Below, piece by piece: positions 46,284-54,870 of a stretch of 64,000 bases of DNA (its first letter is position 1; each line of letters starts with the position of its first letter). This DNA is from an uncultured Bacilli bacterium (lineage in GTDB: Bacteria > Bacillota_I > Bacilli_A > RF39 > UBA660): assembly GCA_944371905.1 (NCBI GenBank), contig CALVYA010000007.1:452-64451 (forward strand), written 5' to 3'. The position numbers were made by a program, and so were the translations under genes. The notes under the pieces are model-generated. The model was given only the letters and a program-made list of their open reading frames with translations. It had not been told where the DNA came from and searched no databases.

Positions 46284-47120
46284 ATGGAAAATAAAGAAAT
46301 AGAACATGATTTACAACTTTTAAAGGTTGTTTTTAATCAACAAAACTATAAAGATCTTTTAGATTTAGTAGGAGATCATCAAGAAGAAATATTTAAGATA
46401 GATACTTATCCTATTGATCATTATGCTAATAAATTAATTCGTAGTGACCATAGAGATACTCTTCGCTATTTTTATCAAAATATTAAATATTATTTACAAA
46501 GTAAAAAAGAGTATGCACCTAAAATGCAAGAGGGTATTGCTATATTTGCTAGTAAAGTAGCTATTATGCAGGCTTATTATCCAGGAAGTATTGACAATTA
46601 TTTTAGAGCAGGGGATGGATCTTTACTTCGTGAAATGTGTAATCCATTTGAAGAAATTACTAGATTATTATTATGTGTTGCTAAAGATGAATACTGGAGT
46701 AATCCTAATAAAGCTATTAGTGATTATGCTCTTTCTTTTGATAAATTAAGATTCGAAGATAGTGCTTATTTAAAAGTAGTCCAAGAGGCATTAAATGGAA
46801 AAGAATTAAGAGATAAAATAGATTTCTTTTATAGTTCTGATATTTTAGATGCTATTAGTAGAGATTTGGAGTTTTCTAATATTACTTCTTTTGATCCTTT
46901 TACTGCTACTACAAAAGATAATAGGGGACTTATCTTAGAACAAATAAATAGATGTATCGATTTATATCATATGAAAGTGGATGTAGGTGTCTTTACTGGA
47001 GAAATTCCAAATTGTGATACTAGAGATAAATTGTTATCAAAATTTGAAGACCGTTCTTTTTATGCAAAACGAAATATTGGAATTTATGAACGTACCAAAG
47101 AATTGGTAAAAGAATGCTAA
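46284..47120 (+). CDS. Hypothetical cytoplasmic protein
   Basis: ORF with RBS tggggga before ATG 46284. No family recognised. Confidence 0.45.
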   Translation: MENKEIEHDLQLLKVVFNQQNYKDLLDLVGDHQEEIFKIDTYPIDHYANKLIRSDHRDTLRYFYQNIKYYLQSKKEYAPKMQEGIAIFASKVAIMQAYYPGSIDNYFRAGDGSLLREMCNPFEEITRLLLCVAKDEYWSNPNKAISDYALSFDKLRFEDSAYLKVVQEALNGKELRDKIDFFYSSDILDAISRDLEFSNITSFDPFTATTKDNRGLILEQINRCIDLYHMKVDVGVFTGEIPNCDTRDKLLSKFEDRSFYAKRNIGIYERTKELVKEC

Positions 47121-47201
47121 AAATAGCGTTCTTTTATTAGGATTTATATTTACAAATAGATAAAATATGCGTAAAATATAATCAAGGAGAGATGAATTTT
47201 A

Positions 47202-47747
47202 ATGGGTGAAGAGATTTTATTATTAACTGAAGATAAAATGGAAAAAGCAGTAGTATCTCTTGAAAAGAGGTTTACTACAGTAAGAGCAGGAAGAGCTAAT
47301 CCTACTAGTTTAGATGGAGTTATGGTAAACTACTATGGAGTAGATACTCCTTTGAAACAATTAGCAACGATATCAGTGCCAGAAGCAAGACAACTTTTGA
47401 TTAAACCTTTTGATAGAAGTTGTTTAAATGCTATAGAAAAAGCAATTTTTGAATCTAATTTAGGGTATACTCCTAATAATGATGGAGAAACAATTCGAAT
47501 TATTATTCCTATGTTAACTGAGGATAGAAGAATAGAACTTACAAAACAAGTAAAAGCTATGGCAGAAGAAGGAAAAGTTGCCATTAGAAATATTAGAAGA
47601 GAAGCAATTGAAGAAATAGAAAAACTAGAGTTACCAGAAGATGTAGAAAAACATCAAACGAATGAAATCCAAAATTTAGTTAATGAATATAATAAAAAGA
47701 TCGATGAAAAATTAAAAGAAAAGGAAGAAGAACTATTAAGTATATAG
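47202..47747 (+). CDS. frr: Ribosome recycling factor
   Basis: FTTVRAGRANPTSLDGVMVNYYG..TPL.QLA.ISVPEAR.LLIKPFD and IRNIRREA are canonical RRF motifs. Confidence 0.95.
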   Translation: MGEEILLLTEDKMEKAVVSLEKRFTTVRAGRANPTSLDGVMVNYYGVDTPLKQLATISVPEARQLLIKPFDRSCLNAIEKAIFESNLGYTPNNDGETIRIIIPMLTEDRRIELTKQVKAMAEEGKVAIRNIRREAIEEIEKLELPEDVEKHQTNEIQNLVNEYNKKIDEKLKEKEEELLSI

Positions 47748-47760
47748 TTCTTTTTAACAT

Positions 47761-48642
47761 ATGATAAATATTAAAGAATTAAAAAAATATGAACCTTTAT
47801 ATGTTATAGGTCACAAAAACCCTGATATTGATACTGCAGTCTCTAGCAGCATTTTAGCTAGTATTTTAACTTATTTTGGAATAGAAGCATACCCTGCTAT
47901 TTTAGATAAGAATTATGATTTTGATAATTATAATAAGAAAATGATGGACGATTGTATTGTGTATCAACCTAAAGTAATAAAGAAAGAAGAGCTATCCAAA
48001 CAACATTTTATAATAGTAGATCATAATGATCCTATACAGTCTATTGGAGATAGTGCTACTATTGTTTGGGGTATGGATCATCATAAAAATAGTAATAAAG
48101 TAGATAATATGTTAATTAGCACCTTATGTTGTAATAGTTTATTTATTTATGATTATTTTAAAGATATCTATCCATTTAGTAAGAAAGAGTTATTTCAAAT
48201 TTATATGGCAACATTAAATGATAGTGCTTTCTTTAAAGCTAGTAGATATACAAGTTTTGATAAAAAAATATTAGATACTATGGGAATGGATATAGATGTA
48301 GAAAAATTATTTCATAACTATTTTGAATTCACTGATTTTAGTAGTGGCATGGATAATGTAATTCATAGATGTAATAAAATATACGAATATCATGGAGTGC
48401 GATTTAATACCTCTTTAATAAAAAGTAATAACCAAAATCAATATTTATTAGAAGAATATAAAAAGAGTTTACAAAAAGAAAAGGAACCTATGTTAGGAGT
48501 ATGGCAAAATTTTGAAGCCAAAGAAACCTTTGCTTTCTTTTGGTATCAAAATCAATTACAAAGTTGGTATTATCCTTATATTGCTAGTAGGAGTAAAGAT
48601 GTTATGAATGATGTAGTAAATTATTTAGAAAGAAGTGATTAA
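47761..48642 (+). CDS. DHH family phosphoesterase (PpaC-like N-terminal motifs)
   Basis: GHKNPDIDTAVSS, IVDHND, and GMDHHK match DHH motifs I-III. The C-terminal half is not clearly DHHA2. Confidence 0.55.
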   Translation: MINIKELKKYEPLYVIGHKNPDIDTAVSSSILASILTYFGIEAYPAILDKNYDFDNYNKKMMDDCIVYQPKVIKKEELSKQHFIIVDHNDPIQSIGDSATIVWGMDHHKNSNKVDNMLISTLCCNSLFIYDYFKDIYPFSKKELFQIYMATLNDSAFFKASRYTSFDKKILDTMGMDIDVEKLFHNYFEFTDFSSGMDNVIHRCNKIYEYHGVRFNTSLIKSNNQNQYLLEEYKKSLQKEKEPMLGVWQNFEAKETFAFFWYQNQLQSWYYPYIASRSKDVMNDVVNYLERSD

Positions 48643-48654
48643 ACTTAATAATTG

Positions 48655-48683
48655 CTTGCATTCACTAAATTTTATGTTATAAT
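48655..48683 (+). promoter_or_regulatory. Promoter of the pheST leader
   Basis: TTGCAT/CTTGCA -35, a 16-17 nt spacer, then an extended -10 TGtTATAAT (48675-48683). Confidence 0.6.
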
Positions 48684-48688
48684 TAACA

Positions 48689-48907
48689 TTGATATTTATG
48701 GCTATTATTAAGAAGTAGTAATAAGTTATTTATTTAAAAGAGAGTTACTGGTTGGTGGAAAGTAATAAATGGAACTTATGAATTCATCTTATAAGCTTTT
48801 ATTAATAATAAACGTTATCTCGCGTTAAGAGACAATGAGTTATAGTTAAACTATAAAATAAGGTGGTACCACGGATATATTCGTCCTTAATTGGTATCGC
48901 TTTTTTT
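48689..48907 (+). promoter_or_regulatory. T-box riboswitch leader (Phe specifier UUC)
   Basis: AGAGA box at about 48739. Specifier-loop context gaa-UUC-a, with UUC at 48783-48785. T-box sequence aaataaGGTGGTACCacgg at 48856-48874. The terminator pairs gtggtacc (48863-70) with ggtatcgc (48893-900), followed by T7. It lies directly upstream of pheS. Confidence 0.85.
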
Positions 48908-48923
48908 ATTGTAAGGAGGAATT

Positions 48924-49976
48924 ATGAAAGAAAAAGTTGAAGGAATCAAAACAAGTTTAGATAGTGATTTACGTAGTATTACATCTTTAAATGATTTAGG
49001 ACAATTAAAATCTAAATATTTAGGTAAAAAAGGCGTAGTTACGGATCTTACTAGCAATATGAAAGAGTTATCCGTAGAAGAGAGAAAAGAAGTAGGGAAA
49101 ATTGCTAATGAGATTAGGGAAGAAGTAAATAATAAATTGAATGAGAAAGAAGAAGAGTTAAAAAATAAAGAATTAAATGAAAAATTAGAAAAAGAAACCA
49201 TTGACATTAGCTTACCAAGTAAGAAGTTTAAAAGAGGAAGTCGTCATCCATTTAATCGTATTGTAGAAGATGTAGAAGATTTCTTTGTATCTATGGGATA
49301 TGATGTTGTAGATGGGCCTGAATTAGAGACGGATGAGAATTGTTTCCGTTTACTAAATTTACCAGATGGGCATCCAGCAAGAGATGCACAAGATACTTTT
49401 TATATTGATGAAGAATATTTATTAAGAACTCAAACTTCCAGTGTACAAGCAAGAGAAATGCAAGCGAATAAAGAAAAGACACCAATTAGAATGATTTGTC
49501 CTGGTAAGGTATATAGACGTGATGAAGACGCAACGCATTCTCATCAATTTGGACAGGTAGAAGGATTAGTCATTGATAAAAATATTTCTCTTGCAGATTT
49601 AAAAGGAACCTTGGAATTATTTGCGAAAAAGATGTTAGGTGAAAATACTAGTGTACGTTTTAGACCAAGTTATTTTCCGTTTACAGAGCCTAGTGTCGAA
49701 GTGGACGTATCTTGTTTCAAATGTGGTGGTAAAGGATGTGCTTTATGTAAGCAAACAGGATGGATTGAAGTATTAGGTGCTGGTATGGTACATCCTAATG
49801 TACTTAGAATGGGTGGATATGATCCTGAAATATGGACAGGATTTGCTTTTGGTACAGGATTAGATCGCTTTGCAATGTTCCGTTATGCCATACCTGATAT
49901 TCGTTACTTATATACGAATGATATTAGATTTTTAGAACAATTCGATAGAAAGGATGAAGAAAATGAAATTAAGTAG
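48924..49976 (+). CDS. pheS: Phenylalanine--tRNA ligase alpha subunit
   Basis: HPFNRI, GHPARDAQDTFY, LRTQTS.VQ, PGKVYRRD, FRPSYFPFTEPS, and GAGMVHPNV are class II motifs. Confidence 0.95.
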   Translation: MKEKVEGIKTSLDSDLRSITSLNDLGQLKSKYLGKKGVVTDLTSNMKELSVEERKEVGKIANEIREEVNNKLNEKEEELKNKELNEKLEKETIDISLPSKKFKRGSRHPFNRIVEDVEDFFVSMGYDVVDGPELETDENCFRLLNLPDGHPARDAQDTFYIDEEYLLRTQTSSVQAREMQANKEKTPIRMICPGKVYRRDEDATHSHQFGQVEGLVIDKNISLADLKGTLELFAKKMLGENTSVRFRPSYFPFTEPSVEVDVSCFKCGGKGCALCKQTGWIEVLGAGMVHPNVLRMGGYDPEIWTGFAFGTGLDRFAMFRYAIPDIRYLYTNDIRFLEQFDRKDEENEIK

Positions 49977-52326
49977 AAAATTTGTTAGCGATTACGTAGA
50001 TATTGATGTAGATATTAATACTCTAGCAGAAGATATGACTAGTATTGGTAATGAATATGATTCTTGTGGTAAGTTAATTCCTGCTACTAAGTTAATAATT
50101 GGTGAAGTAATTGATTGTCATCCACATCCTGATAGTGATCATTTAAATGTTTGCAAAGTAGATATTGGTAGTGAAATCTTACAAATTGTGTGTGGTGCTC
50201 CTAATGTAAGAAGTGGTCTTAAAGTTATAGTAGCACTAACTGGAGCTGTATTACCAGGTGGTGTAATTAAAAAAAGTGTAATTCGTGGAGAAGAGTCTAA
50301 TGGAATGATCTGTGCAATTAGTGAATTAGGTCTTGAACATAAATTTTTAACTAGTAAAGATATTGATGGCATTCATGAATTACCACAAGATGCTAAAGTA
50401 GGATCTGATCCTATTAAGTATTTAGAATTAGATGACGAAGTAATTGATTTTGAATTAACATCCAATCGAGGAGATTTATTAAGTATTTTGGGGATGGCTT
50501 ATGAAATAGGGGCTTTATATAATAAAAAAGTAAAAGATATTGATTTAAGTTATGAAAGTACTGAGGAAGATGTTAATAATGTATTTAGCTTAGATATTAG
50601 AACTTCTAATTGTCCTTTATTTTTAGCTAAAAAAGTAACGAATGTAACAATCAAAGAAAGCCCGGCGTTCATTAAAAATAGATTAATAGCCTCTGGTATT
50701 AGGCCTATTAATAATGTTGTTGATATTTCTAATTATGTTATGTTAGAGACAGGTCAACCATTACATTATTATGATGCTAATCGATTGGGTGAGAAAATAG
50801 TTGTGCGTATGGCCAATGATGGAGAAGAATTAACTACTTTGGATGGACAAAAACGTATATTATCTAATAGTGATATAGTAATTGCTACCGATAAGGAAGC
50901 AGTGGGACTTGCTGGAGTTATGGGGGGACTTACTACTGAAATCGAAGAAGATACAAAAGATATTATTATTGAGTCGGCTATTTTTAATGCAACCTCTATT
51001 CGTAAAACTTCAAAGAAGGTATTAAGAAGCGAGGCAAGTAATCGTTTTGAAAAAGGACTTGATCCTAAAAGAACTTATATGGCTATAGAGAGAAGTTGTC
51101 ATTTATTAGAGAAATATGCGGATGCTACTATTGTTGGAGGGATAGTAGAATATAAAGATATGGATATTAATGATAGAAAAATAGATATTACATGTGAGAA
51201 AATTAATAAAGTATTAGGAATTACGATTCCAGAAGATGAAATATTATCTATTTTTGATAGACTAGGATTTACTTATACTATTAATAAAGATTTAATTACT
51301 GTAGTAGTACCTACTAGAAGAATTGATATTAGTATTCCTGAAGACTTAGTTGAAGAAGTAGGAAGAATCTATGGAATTGATAAAATTCAAGGTAAGAAAC
51401 TAGAGTTACCAGTAAAACCAGGTAATTGTAATAAAAATATAAGATTAATTCGTAATAAATTAGCAAGTCTTGGATTAAATGAGACATTAAGTTATTCATT
51501 AATTTCAGAAAGTGATGTTCATAAATTTACTAATGATGAATTTACTCATGTAAAAGTATTAGATCCAATGAGTGAAGATCGTAATACGTTAAGGTATAGT
51601 TTAATTCCATCTTTATTAAATATTTATAATTATAATAAAGCAAGATCTAACCACGATATTTCTATTTATGAAGTAGGAAAAGGGTTCTATAAAAAAGATA
51701 ATGAATATTATGAAGAAAATAAGCTAGCTATTTTAATGACTGGAAAGTATTTAGAAGGTATCTCTTCCATGAAAGTTGATTTCTATGTTATTAAAGGGAT
51801 TTTAGAAGAATTATTAGAATATTTAGGTTATAAAAATCGTTATAGTCTAAAAATAGATAATCTTCCAAGAGAATTTCATCCTGGTCAAAGTGCATCTATT
51901 GTTTTAAATGGTAACCCTATTGGTATTATTGGTAAATTACATCCAAGTGTTACTAAAGATGATATTTATGTAATAGAAATTAACTTAGATAAATTATTTA
52001 GTTTCAAAGTTAAGAGTATGCAATATAAAGAATTATCTAAATATCCAGCGATTGCTAAAGATATGGCATTCATTGTTAAAAAGAATATTATGGCAAGCGA
52101 AGTTATGGATGTTATCAAAAGAGCTTGTGGTAGATTACTAGTAGATATTTCTGTTTTTGATGTTTATGAAGGAGATAAAATAAATAGTGACGAAAAGTCG
52201 ATTGCCTTTACTCTTACTTTCCAAGATCAAAATAGGACTTTAAGTGATGAAGAGGTCATGGATTTATTTAGTAAAGCAATTAAAGAAGTTGAAGTTAAGC
52301 TTCATGGCGTATTAAGAGATAAATAA
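49963..52326 (+). CDS. pheT: Phenylalanine--tRNA ligase beta subunit
   Basis: MKLSRKFVSDYVD start, a tRNA-binding domain (VCKVDIG..QIVCGAPNV), B3/4 and B5 domains, and a C-terminal FDVYEG..KS.A. The start was moved to ATG 49963. Confidence 0.95.
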   Translation: MKLSRKFVSDYVDIDVDINTLAEDMTSIGNEYDSCGKLIPATKLIIGEVIDCHPHPDSDHLNVCKVDIGSEILQIVCGAPNVRSGLKVIVALTGAVLPGGVIKKSVIRGEESNGMICAISELGLEHKFLTSKDIDGIHELPQDAKVGSDPIKYLELDDEVIDFELTSNRGDLLSILGMAYEIGALYNKKVKDIDLSYESTEEDVNNVFSLDIRTSNCPLFLAKKVTNVTIKESPAFIKNRLIASGIRPINNVVDISNYVMLETGQPLHYYDANRLGEKIVVRMANDGEELTTLDGQKRILSNSDIVIATDKEAVGLAGVMGGLTTEIEEDTKDIIIESAIFNATSIRKTSKKVLRSEASNRFEKGLDPKRTYMAIERSCHLLEKYADATIVGGIVEYKDMDINDRKIDITCEKINKVLGITIPEDEILSIFDRLGFTYTINKDLITVVVPTRRIDISIPEDLVEEVGRIYGIDKIQGKKLELPVKPGNCNKNIRLIRNKLASLGLNETLSYSLISESDVHKFTNDEFTHVKVLDPMSEDRNTLRYSLIPSLLNIYNYNKARSNHDISIYEVGKGFYKKDNEYYEENKLAILMTGKYLEGISSMKVDFYVIKGILEELLEYLGYKNRYSLKIDNLPREFHPGQSASIVLNGNPIGIIGKLHPSVTKDDIYVIEINLDKLFSFKVKSMQYKELSKYPAIAKDMAFIVKKNIMASEVMDVIKRACGRLLVDISVFDVYEGDKINSDEKSIAFTLTFQDQNRTLSDEEVMDLFSKAIKEVEVKLHGVLRDK

Positions 52327-52467
52327 GAGAAAAGATTGTAGAAATACAGTCTTTTTTGTTGAAATTTATAGGGTAGAGGAGTGCTTAAAAGAGAAAGTTT
52401 ATTTGGTAGAATAAAATTATAGAATATGATACCCTGTCAAAAAGTGTAAGGACCCTAAAAATTTTTC

Positions 52468-52498
52468 TTGAAAATTTCCTGGGGAGGGGGGGTATAAT
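52468..52498 (+). promoter_or_regulatory. Promoter of 52532..54169 with a G4-A-G7 tract in a 19-nt spacer
   Basis: TTGAAA (52468-52473), spacer atttcctggggaggggggg (52474-52492, 19 nt), then TATAAT (52493-52498). RBS ggagtga and ATG 52532 follow. Confidence 0.6.
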
Positions 52499-52531
52499 GT
52501 ATATAGGATAAACTAAAACGGAGTGATAAGG

Positions 52532-54169
52532 ATGTATAGGAATAAGAAGAAAATAGTGATAGGAATACTATGTATAGTAGTATTAATCATGGTAGTAGTG
52601 TATGCAGCATTTAATACAAGATTAACGATTAACGGAACAGGAAATATCACAAGTACTTGGAATATAGAAATAACTTCTATTACTAGTAGTATTACAGGAA
52701 CAGCTTATAATATAACAGAACCAACCTATAGTGGAACGAATGCAACTTTTAATGCAGGATTAAAGAAACCGGGAGATAAGATAGAATATAATATTACAAT
52801 TACCAATAATGGAAGTATAGATGCTATTATTAATACAGTAGATATAAAAACAACAGGAAGTTATGTTATTTTATACACAGTAGAAGGAATACAGAATCAA
52901 GAGAGATTAGCAAGTAAAGGTAGTAAGACATTTAAAATCATAGTAGAGTTTGATAGGGAAGCTACTAGTATACCAAGTGATACTACAAAAGAAATCATAA
53001 TGAATATCGAGTGTATTCAAGATGATGGACAACAATTAACTCCAAGTGATCCTAATATTGATAATGAAGATACTGGATTAACACTAGTAAATGCTATATT
53101 AAGAGATAACCAAGCTCAAAGTGATGAGAGTATAGATTTTAGCAAAACGAGTGAAGAAGATGGAACGAAAGGATTATATTATACTAATAAAAATACAGAG
53201 GATAATAAAACAACGTATTATTTTAGAGGAGCAGTAGAGAATAACTATGTTAAATTTGGTGTGTATCAACAAAAGCTTTCTAAATATAGAGGATATTATT
53301 CTAGTACAATGACAGGAGGACATTTTGAATATGATACATTAAGCGAGTGTCAAAATGCTAGTAGTTTTAATCAAAGTTGTACAGAGGTTGTATACGCTAA
53401 TTCAGGAGATCCAATGTATTGGAGAATTGTAAGAATCAATGAAGATGGAAGTATTAGATTAATCTATCAAGGGATAGCTCCAAATATAATAGAAGATGGT
53501 GCAACCATAGGTGAATATAACTTTAATATTGATAATAATGATAATGCCTATGTAGGATATATGTATGGAACACCAGGAAGTAGTAGTTATGAGGAGACAC
53601 ACGCCAATATCAATGATAGTATAATCAAGACAGCATTAGATACTTGGTATGATGAGTATTTATTGAGCTATGCTTCTTATATGGCAGATAGTGGATTCTG
53701 TGGCGATAGAAGTATCTATAAAGAGGAAGGAACAGGATTAGGGTATGAAAAGAAAAGAACATTTTACGCTTCTTATAATAGATTAGAAAATATAAATCAA
53801 CCACAGTTCATATGTTTGCAAAGTAACGATTTATATACAATAAAGAATAGTGTAAAAGGAAATAAAGCCTTAGATTATCCAATAGGATTAATTACTGCGG
53901 ATGAAATAGTTTATGCAGGTGGATCAAGGAGATTAAATGAAAGTTGCTATTTGAATATCGATAGTACTTATTTTACAATGACTCCTTTTTCTTACGACTA
54001 TGGTACTTACATCTATAGTATTGATAGTGGGACACTTTTGGATTCCAAGCCGACAACTGGTGTACTGAATGTCGCGCTTGCTCGTCCTGTTATTAATTTA
54101 AAGGCAACAGTAGAAATCTCTAGTGGAGATGGAACTAGTAGTAATCCTTATGTGATAAAAACTAGTTAA
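52532..54169 (+). CDS. Surface protein: TasA/camelysin-like N-terminal module plus conserved C-terminal domain (paralog of 1..2240)
   Basis: MYRNKKK + helix + VVVYAAFNTRLTINGTGNITSTW..LKKPGDKIEYNITITNNGSIDAIIN..NIECIQDDGQ. The C-terminal domain reads LYYTNKNT..YYFRGAVENNYV..YWRIVRINEDGSIRLIYQG..NAYVGYMYG..DSGFCGDRS..YPIGLITADEIVYAGG..ARPVINLK..GDGTSSNPYVIK. Confidence 0.8.
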   Translation: MYRNKKKIVIGILCIVVLIMVVVYAAFNTRLTINGTGNITSTWNIEITSITSSITGTAYNITEPTYSGTNATFNAGLKKPGDKIEYNITITNNGSIDAIINTVDIKTTGSYVILYTVEGIQNQERLASKGSKTFKIIVEFDREATSIPSDTTKEIIMNIECIQDDGQQLTPSDPNIDNEDTGLTLVNAILRDNQAQSDESIDFSKTSEEDGTKGLYYTNKNTEDNKTTYYFRGAVENNYVKFGVYQQKLSKYRGYYSSTMTGGHFEYDTLSECQNASSFNQSCTEVVYANSGDPMYWRIVRINEDGSIRLIYQGIAPNIIEDGATIGEYNFNIDNNDNAYVGYMYGTPGSSSYEETHANINDSIIKTALDTWYDEYLLSYASYMADSGFCGDRSIYKEEGTGLGYEKKRTFYASYNRLENINQPQFICLQSNDLYTIKNSVKGNKALDYPIGLITADEIVYAGGSRRLNESCYLNIDSTYFTMTPFSYDYGTYIYSIDSGTLLDSKPTTGVLNVALARPVINLKATVEISSGDGTSSNPYVIKTS

Positions 54170-54173
54170 GCCT

Positions 54174-54203
54174 AAGTTACCTAAATAAATGGTAACTTTT
54201 TTT
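54174..54203 (+). terminator. Intrinsic terminator
   Basis: aagttacc / ggtaactt 8-bp stem followed by a T-run. Confidence 0.75.
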
Positions 54204-54236
54204 CTTCTAGGCATATAATTTAGTAGGTGAGGTCTT

Positions 54237-54605
54237 ATGTCTAAGGAAGAGTTTAAAAGTTTTGTAAGAAGGAATCCTACTTTGGTTAAACATGTGAATA
54301 ATAACGAAGTAACTTGGCAACATTTATATGAAATGTATAGTTTGTATGGAGAAAATAATTCTGTATGGAATGATTATTTAACTATACCAGAAGAAAGGAA
54401 TGAACCTAAGGTCACTAAAGCAAATGAAAAAGCTTTTAATGAATTGATTTCTATGATTAAAAATGTTGATTTGGAGAAAGTGCGTCATGGTATTGAGGGA
54501 GTTCAAAAAACCATTTCTTTAGTTCAAGATCTTGGATTAGGAGGAAATAAAAATCAACACGAAGAATATCAAGCAAGACCTTTATATCAACACTTTGAAG
54601 ATTAA
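54237..54605 (+). CDS. YlbD-like (putative spore coat) protein
   Basis: EEFKSFVRRNPTLVKHVNNNEVTWQHLYEMYSLYGENNSVWNDY parallels the B. subtilis YlbD N-terminus. Synteny with ylbE/ylbF/rsmD. Confidence 0.6.
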   Translation: MSKEEFKSFVRRNPTLVKHVNNNEVTWQHLYEMYSLYGENNSVWNDYLTIPEERNEPKVTKANEKAFNELISMIKNVDLEKVRHGIEGVQKTISLVQDLGLGGNKNQHEEYQARPLYQHFED

Positions 54606-54826
54606 TGAAATTAAATTTAGTTAGATCTTTAAGAAATAATCCTCCTTTATATCATTATTTGAAATATAATTCCTACTGGTATAAAGAACTAAATAGAAAT
54701 CCTAGTTCCATTAAAGAATTAGAGCAAGAAATGAAGAAAGCCTATAAATTAACTCCTGAAGATAGAATAAGTAAAATCAATGATAAAATAAGTTTTATTG
54801 CTTCCTTCTTAGAAGTATTAAAATAA
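54605..54826 (+). CDS. YlbE-like protein
   Basis: YWYKELNRNPSSIKELEQEMKKAYKLT parallels YlbE. Overlaps the upstream stop by 1 nt. Confidence 0.6.
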   Translation: MKLNLVRSLRNNPPLYHYLKYNSYWYKELNRNPSSIKELEQEMKKAYKLTPEDRISKINDKISFIASFLEVLK

Positions 54827-54870
54827 AGCAATAATTCTTTTTTTATGTTATAATTTTAGCGGTGGTAATT

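Noticed and set aside
48887-49207. A 106-aa minus-strand ORF rich in Ser/Phe/Leu.
   Set aside because: It is antisense to the 5' end of pheS and is a typical shadow ORF of an AT-rich gene.
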